Shown here one piece after another: positions 59,497 to 64,000 of a stretch of DNA of 64,000 bases (the first letter of the stretch is position 1; each line of letters begins with the position of its first letter). The notes below the pieces were generated by a model. The model made no database searches and was not told the origin of the DNA. It saw only the letters and a program-made list of their open reading frames with translations. The stretch is from Candidatus Rokuibacteriota bacterium (GTDB lineage: Bacteria > Methylomirabilota > Methylomirabilia > Rokubacteriales > CSP1-6). The DNA is taken from NCBI GenBank assembly GCA_044869815.1, contig JBIOXS010000189.1, forward strand, positions 5,341 through 69,340, read 5' to 3'. The position numbers were made by a program, and so were the translations under genes.

Positions 59497-59805
59497 GTGT
59501 TCTCCGGCGGGTCCTACGATGACGTCGCGCGCTGGCTCAAGATGTTTCTGAACTCCCACGCCAAGCGCGAGCATCCGCGCGTCGAGGCGGTGCTCGAGAA
59601 CGACGAAGCCCGCGAGAACGTCTCGTACGCGGCGCGACTGCAGCTCGGCGAGCGCGCGAGCCCCGTGATGGAGTTCGACTACAAGAGCGTGGCCGCGCAT
59701 CGCGGCGAGCTCGCGTGGTGCCTGGACCTCGCGCGGCGCGTCCGACGTGAGGCGAGGCTTCTCCTCGCCGGCAGCGCCTCCGGCGACGTCGCCACGCGCC
59801 AGTAG
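59497..59805 (+). CDS. Hypothetical protein (102 aa)
   Basis: ORF 59497..59805. Strong GC3 bias in this frame. No recognisable motif. Confidence 0.5.
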   Translation: MFSGGSYDDVARWLKMFLNSHAKREHPRVEAVLENDEARENVSYAARLQLGERASPVMEFDYKSVAAHRGELAWCLDLARRVRREARLLLAGSASGDVATRQ

Positions 59806-61315
59806 CCGTCCGCTCCGCTGGGCGGCGCCGGGTGACGTCAACGGCTTCCTCGGCCTCGCACTCGACAATCTCACCCAGCTCGTCATTCTTTCCTCGCTGC
59901 TCATCGGCGTGTTCGGTTTCCCGGCCGACCTCGTGCTCCGCCGCATGGTGCCGGGGACGGCGCTCGGCGTCCTCGTCGGCGACCTCGTCTATACCTGGCT
60001 CGCGCTGCGCCTCATGCGACGCACGGGCCGCGAGGACGTCACCGCGATGCCGTTCGGCATCGACACACCGACGCTCTTCGCGATGGTCTTCGGGGTGCTG
60101 GGTCCCGTGAAGGTCACGACCGGTGATGCCGTGCTCGCGTGGAAAGTCGGCATGGCCGCCACGCTGGCCATCGGTGTTCTGAAGGCGCTGCTCGCGTTCG
60201 CGGGGGACTGGACGCGCCGTGCCATCCCGCGAGCGGCGCTGCTCGGGTCCATCGCCGGCGTGGCCATCCTGCTCATCGCATTCTTGCCCGCGCTCAAGCT
60301 GCTGCGCGATCCGCTCGTCGGTCTCGTCGCGCTCGGCGTGCTGCTGCTCGCGCAGCTCGGCCACGTCCGGATGCCATTCGGAGCGCCTGGAGCGCTGGCG
60401 GCGGTGACGGCGGGCACCGCCATGTACTGGCTGCGCGGCGGCGGCACCCAGGCCTGGGCGTCGGGTGCGGCGGGAATCGCGTTCCCGTGGCCGACGCTCG
60501 CCTGGGTGGATGCCCTCGACGCCGCCCTGCCGTACCTCTCCATCGCCCTGCCGTTCGCGCTGGTGACGACGATCGGCGGCATCGACAACACGGAATCCGC
60601 GGCGGCGGCCGGCGACGAATACCGGACACGCGACATCTTGCTCACCGAGGCGGGCGCGACGATGCTGGCGGCGCTCTGCGGAGGTGTCGTGCAGAACACC
60701 CCGTACATCGGCCAGCCGGCCTACAAGGCGATGGGCGCCCGCGCCGGCTACACGCTGGCCACCGGGCTCGTGATCGGCGTCGGAGCCATGGTCGGCATGC
60801 TCTCCTGGCTCGTCGGTCTCCTGCCCGAGGCGGCGGTGGCCCCGATCCTCGTCTACATCGGCCTCGAGATAACCGCGCAGGCGTTCCTCGCCTCACCGTC
60901 GCGGCACGGTCCCGCGGTCGCGGTGACCTTCGTGCCGATCGCGGCCGCCGTGGTGCTCATCGAGCTCGGCGGCGCCCTCGGCGCCGTCGGAAAATCGGCG
61001 AGCGATCTCACCGGCGACGCGGCGCTGACGCATCGAGCGCTGCTCGTGCTCGGCAACGGCTTCATCCTCACGGCCGTGCTCTGGGGCGCGGCGCTCGCCT
61101 GGATCATCGACCGACGCCTGCGCTTCGCCGCCGTCGCCTTCGCCCTCGCGAGTCTGGCCACCTTGTTCGGCGTCATCCACTCGCCGCTGCCGAGCGGCGC
61201 GCTGTTCTGGCCGTGGACTGCCGGGCTCGCGCGTGAGGTGGCGTGGCCGGTGGCCGGGGCCTACGGTCTGCTGGCCGCCGTCTGCGCGACGCTCGGCGTG
61301 CGCCGATCGGACTGA
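59747..61315 (+). CDS. Integral membrane permease (NCS2/AzgA-like purine or solute permease, tentative); start tentative
   Basis: ORF 59747..61315. About 12 hydrophobic segments. N-terminal region GFLGLALDNLTQLVIL...MPFGIDTP. The only canonical in-frame start overlaps the upstream ORF by 59 nt. Confidence 0.65.
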   Translation: MRRGFSSPAAPPATSPRASSRPLRWAAPGDVNGFLGLALDNLTQLVILSSLLIGVFGFPADLVLRRMVPGTALGVLVGDLVYTWLALRLMRRTGREDVTAMPFGIDTPTLFAMVFGVLGPVKVTTGDAVLAWKVGMAATLAIGVLKALLAFAGDWTRRAIPRAALLGSIAGVAILLIAFLPALKLLRDPLVGLVALGVLLLAQLGHVRMPFGAPGALAAVTAGTAMYWLRGGGTQAWASGAAGIAFPWPTLAWVDALDAALPYLSIALPFALVTTIGGIDNTESAAAAGDEYRTRDILLTEAGATMLAALCGGVVQNTPYIGQPAYKAMGARAGYTLATGLVIGVGAMVGMLSWLVGLLPEAAVAPILVYIGLEITAQAFLASPSRHGPAVAVTFVPIAAAVVLIELGGALGAVGKSASDLTGDAALTHRALLVLGNGFILTAVLWGAALAWIIDRRLRFAAVAFALASLATLFGVIHSPLPSGALFWPWTAGLAREVAWPVAGAYGLLAAVCATLGVRRSD

Positions 61316-61326
61316 CCGCCTCCGCG

Positions 61327-61355
61327 TTGCCGGCCGCGCGCCAGGCGGCTACTAT
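61327..61355 (+). promoter_or_regulatory. Candidate promoter: TTGCCG, 17 nt, TACTAT
   Basis: Hexamers at 61327-32 and 61350-55, upstream of the CBS gene ([13 protein letters not shown] 61404). Confidence 0.4.
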
Positions 61356-61403
61356 GCGAACAGCCTCGTCGCGGCTGTGGCGGCGGGACGGAAGGAGTCC
61401 CTC

Positions 61404-61862
61404 ATGACGGTGGCCAGCCTGCTCGCCAGAAAAGGCGTCAAAGTCGTCACCATCCAGCCCGACCACCAGATCCGTCAGGCCCTTGCCCTGCTCGCCGACC
61501 ATAACATCGGCGCGCTCGTCGTCGTGGATCCCGGGGCACGGCCCATCGGGATCCTGTCCGAGCGCGACATCGTCCGCGCCGCCGTCCAGGACGAGCGCGG
61601 CGTGTTCGACAAGCCGGTCAGCGCGTTGATGACACGCAACGTGATCGTCGGCGTCCCGCAGGACGATCTGAACTCGGTCGGCTCCACCATGACGGAGAAG
61701 CGCATCCGCCACCTGCCGGTCGTCGAGCAGGGGCGCCTGGTCGGCATCATCTCGATCGGCGACGTCGTCAAGGCGCAGCGCGATCAGTACCAGGGCGAGG
61801 TCGACACCTTGCAGTTCCAGCTCATCGCCGAGCAGGACAAGCCCGCGGCGCGCGCCGGATGA
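61404..61862 (+). CDS. CBS domain-pair protein
   Basis: In the frame of ORF 61233..61862, ATG 61404. IGALVVVDPGARPIGILSERDIVRA and IRHLPVVEQGRLVGIISIGDVV CBS motifs. Confidence 0.85.
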   Translation: MTVASLLARKGVKVVTIQPDHQIRQALALLADHNIGALVVVDPGARPIGILSERDIVRAAVQDERGVFDKPVSALMTRNVIVGVPQDDLNSVGSTMTEKRIRHLPVVEQGRLVGIISIGDVVKAQRDQYQGEVDTLQFQLIAEQDKPAARAG

Positions 61863-63280
61863 CGCGTCCCGGGACCGAGAGCGTCCCGCTGCGTGTTGCC
61901 ATCGTGGGCGCCGGACCGACCGGGTACTACGCCGCCGACCACCTGTTTCGCCAGCCCGGGCTCGTGGTCGAGATCGACATGTACGACCGCGTGCCGACGC
62001 CGTACGGCCTCGTCCGCGCCGGCGTGGCTCCCGACCATCAGAAGATCAAGTCGGTCACCGCCAGCTTCGACAAGGTGGCCGCGCACCCGCGCTTCCGCTT
62101 CTTCGGATCCGTGGAACTGGGACGGCACGTGAGCGTCGACGATCTGCGCGCGCACTATCACATGCTGCTCTACACGACGGGCGCGCAGACCGACCGCCGC
62201 ATGGGGATCCCCGGCGAAGATCTCAGGAACAGTCACGCGGCGACCGAGTTCGTGGCCTGGTACAACGGCCATCCGGATTATCGCGACCTCACATTCGACC
62301 TCTCCCACGAGCGCGCTGCCATCGTCGGTGTCGGCAACGTCGCCGTCGACGTCGCCCGCATCCTGTCGCGCACGCCCGAGGAGCTCGCGGCAACCGACGT
62401 CGCCGACCACGCGCTCGAGGCCTTCCGTGCCAGCCGGGTCCGCGAGGTCTATCTTCTCGGCCGGCGCGGCCCGGCGCAGGCCGCGTTCACCAACCCCGAG
62501 ATCAAGGAGCTGGGTGAGCTCGCCGACGCCGACGTGACGGCGATTCCCGAGGAGGTCGAGCTCGACGACCTGAGCCGGGCCGCGATGGAGCGCGCGGGCG
62601 ACCGCGCCACCAAGAAGAAGGTCGACCTGATGCAGGCGTACGCACGGCGCGCGCCGACCGGCAAGCGCCGCCGGCTCATCCTGCGCTTCCTCGTCTCCCC
62701 GGTGGAGCTGCTCGACGACGGCGCCGGCGCCGTGGGCGGCATGCGACTCGTCCGGAACAAGCTCTATGCGACGGCCACGGGCACGCTGCAGCCGAAGCCG
62801 ACCGGCGAGTTCGAGGACTTGCCGGTCGGGCTCGTCTTCCGCTCGGTCGGTTACAAGGGCGTCGCGCTGGCGGGCGTGCCGTTCAACGAGCAGTGGGGCG
62901 TCATCCTGAACGACAAAGGGCGCGTGCTGGACCCCGAGAGCAAGCAGCCCGTCGCGGGCGAGTACACGGCGGGCTGGATCAAGCGCGGCCCCACAGGAGT
63001 CATCGGGACGAACAAGCCCGACGCCGCGGAGACCGTGGCGTGCATGATCGAGGACCTCGACGCCGACCGTTACCTGCGCCCCGCCGACCCCTTGCGCGAG
63101 GCCGCGGACCGGCTGATCCGCGCGCGACAGCCTCGGTGGTTCTCGTACGAGGACTGGCTGCGCCTCGACGAGATGGAGGTGCGCCGCGGCAAGGAAACCG
63201 GACGACCGCGAGTGAAGTTCACCAGGGTAGACGAGATGCTCGCCGTTCTCGGACGGCAGCCGGGGCGGCGCGGCGAATAA
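61859..63280 (+). CDS. Ferredoxin/adrenodoxin-NADP+ reductase, FprA-like
   Basis: ORF 61859..63280, ATGA overlap with the CBS gene. VAIVGAGPTGYYAA, PTPYGLVRAGVAPDH and a second GVGNVAVDVARIL dinucleotide fold, as in mycobacterial FprA. Confidence 0.82.
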   Translation: MTRPGTESVPLRVAIVGAGPTGYYAADHLFRQPGLVVEIDMYDRVPTPYGLVRAGVAPDHQKIKSVTASFDKVAAHPRFRFFGSVELGRHVSVDDLRAHYHMLLYTTGAQTDRRMGIPGEDLRNSHAATEFVAWYNGHPDYRDLTFDLSHERAAIVGVGNVAVDVARILSRTPEELAATDVADHALEAFRASRVREVYLLGRRGPAQAAFTNPEIKELGELADADVTAIPEEVELDDLSRAAMERAGDRATKKKVDLMQAYARRAPTGKRRRLILRFLVSPVELLDDGAGAVGGMRLVRNKLYATATGTLQPKPTGEFEDLPVGLVFRSVGYKGVALAGVPFNEQWGVILNDKGRVLDPESKQPVAGEYTAGWIKRGPTGVIGTNKPDAAETVACMIEDLDADRYLRPADPLREAADRLIRARQPRWFSYEDWLRLDEMEVRRGKETGRPRVKFTRVDEMLAVLGRQPGRRGE

Positions 63281-63284
63281 CGGC

Positions 63285-63313
63285 TTGACCCCATTCGTCA
63301 CAGGTGTGTTAAT
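63285..63313 (+). promoter_or_regulatory. Candidate promoter: TTGACC, 17 nt, TGtGTTAAT
   Basis: Hexamers at 63285-90 and 63308-13, with the extended -10 TG at 63305-06. SD GAGAGGAG precedes ATG 63361. Confidence 0.5.
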
Positions 63314-63360
63314 GACGCCGGTGTTGTGAATCAAGTCACGACGTGGTGAGAGGAGACCCC

Positions 63361-63777
63361 ATGAGGGCGTTCCAGAGGTCGTTCATCGTCGTCGCCGCTG
63401 CGGCCCTCGTCGCGGTCGGCGTCGTGTCCGGCGTGTGGGCGCAGGGCGAATGGAAAGCGCCGGCGGACGCCAAGGCGACGAAGAACCCCCGGGCCGACAA
63501 GAAGACGGACAAGCAGGCGCTGGCGGCGGCGAAGAAGAACGTCGACACCAATTGCCAGTCCTGCCACGGCAGCGGCAAGGGGGACGGCCCCGCCGCGGCC
63601 GCGCTGCCGCCGCCGAAGCCGGCGGACTGGACGTCGGCCAAGGTCGCGTCCGAGACGGACGGCGAGCTCTTCTGGAAGATCTCCAACGGGCGTGGCGCGA
63701 TGCCGCCCTGGAAGCATCTCCCGGAAAACGATCGCTGGGACCTCGTCAACTACATCCGCACGCTCCAGAAGAAGTAG
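63361..63777 (+). CDS. Class I c-type cytochrome (secreted)
   Basis: ORF 63343..63777, ATG 63361 preferred. Signal peptide, CQSCH heme-binding motif and the distal GAMPPW Met ligand region. Confidence 0.85.
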   Translation: MRAFQRSFIVVAAAALVAVGVVSGVWAQGEWKAPADAKATKNPRADKKTDKQALAAAKKNVDTNCQSCHGSGKGDGPAAAALPPPKPADWTSAKVASETDGELFWKISNGRGAMPPWKHLPENDRWDLVNYIRTLQKK

Positions 63778-63794
63778 CGACCGCGGAGCCCATC

Positions 63795-63825
63795 GAACGC
63801 CCCGCCGCCCGCCGGCGGGGCGTTC
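63795..63825 (+). terminator. Terminator hairpin after the cytochrome c gene
   Basis: Perfect 13-bp stem GAACGCCCCGCCG / CGGCGGGGCGTTC with a 5-nt loop, followed by GTCTGTC. Confidence 0.6.
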
Positions 63826-63840
63826 GTCTGTCGAGCGCGC

Positions 63841-64000
63841 GTGCGCCTCGCCACCATCGATCTCGGCACCAACACCGTGCGCCTGCTCGTCGCGGAGGCC
63901 GAACCCGGCGCGACGTCGTGGCGCGTCGTCGACCAGCATCAGCGGGTCACACGGCTGGGCGAGGGGAGCCGTGCCGCGGGCCGCCTGATGGCGGCGCCGG
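63841..64000 (+). CDS. ppx: Ppx/GppA family phosphatase (3' end outside window)
   Basis: GTG 63841. VRLATIDLGTNTVRLLVAE is the canonical Ppx/GppA N-terminal phosphate-binding motif. Open to the window end. Confidence 0.7.
   Translation, partial: MRLATIDLGTNTVRLLVAEAEPGATSWRVVDQHQRVTRLGEGSRAAGRLMAAP

Overview
The window is about 70% GC and densely coding, with genes on both strands. Many neighbours are translationally coupled through ATGA, GTGA or TGATG stop/start overlaps. I see no rRNA, tRNA, CRISPR array, transposase or integrase. The only mobile element is a LAGLIDADG intein inside the class II ribonucleotide reductase gene. All calls rest on reading the ORF track and recognising motifs by eye, with no database search.

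Content from left to right:
- Radical SAM (5' partial), moaA and a chlorite-dismutase-family gene.
- gltBD with a divergent LysR gene and a CBS gene.
- korAB.
- A nine-gene glcDEF-cupin-lutABC-DUF2203-HAD operon.
- trxB, nadX, and a TIGR02757-rmuC pair.
- A sugar ABC importer.
- A six-gene operon: small GroES-like protein, M20 peptidase, Memo/AmrB-like protein with an N-terminal extension, DUF1285, and two ThDP enzymes.
- suhB-like, corA, panE, a heterodimeric ABC exporter and an Atl-like gene.
- An F420-type LLM oxidoreductase-SDR-MBL-peroxiredoxin operon.
- EamA, SRPBCC, a diiron protein, nfo and nth.
- A TPR gene and a tolC-macA-macB efflux operon.
- nrdJ with its intein.
- A permease, a CBS gene, an FprA-like reductase, cytochrome c and ppx (3' partial).

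Most notable observations:
1. The peroxiredoxin carries an in-frame TGA exactly at the peroxidatic Cys position, followed by a SECIS-like hairpin. I predict a selenoprotein that gene callers would split in two.
2. The Memo/AmrB-like protein has an N-terminal domain of about 130 aa that looks PqqD/RRE-like. It sits in an unusual operon with no AmrA or AmrS partner.
3. Several genes appear leaderless, with a -10 box 6-7 nt before the start codon.
4. Three genes lack a canonical start codon at their conserved N-terminus. In two of them, adding one unit to a short dinucleotide repeat would restore a start.

High GC produces many long spurious antisense and out-of-frame ORFs, which I rejected.
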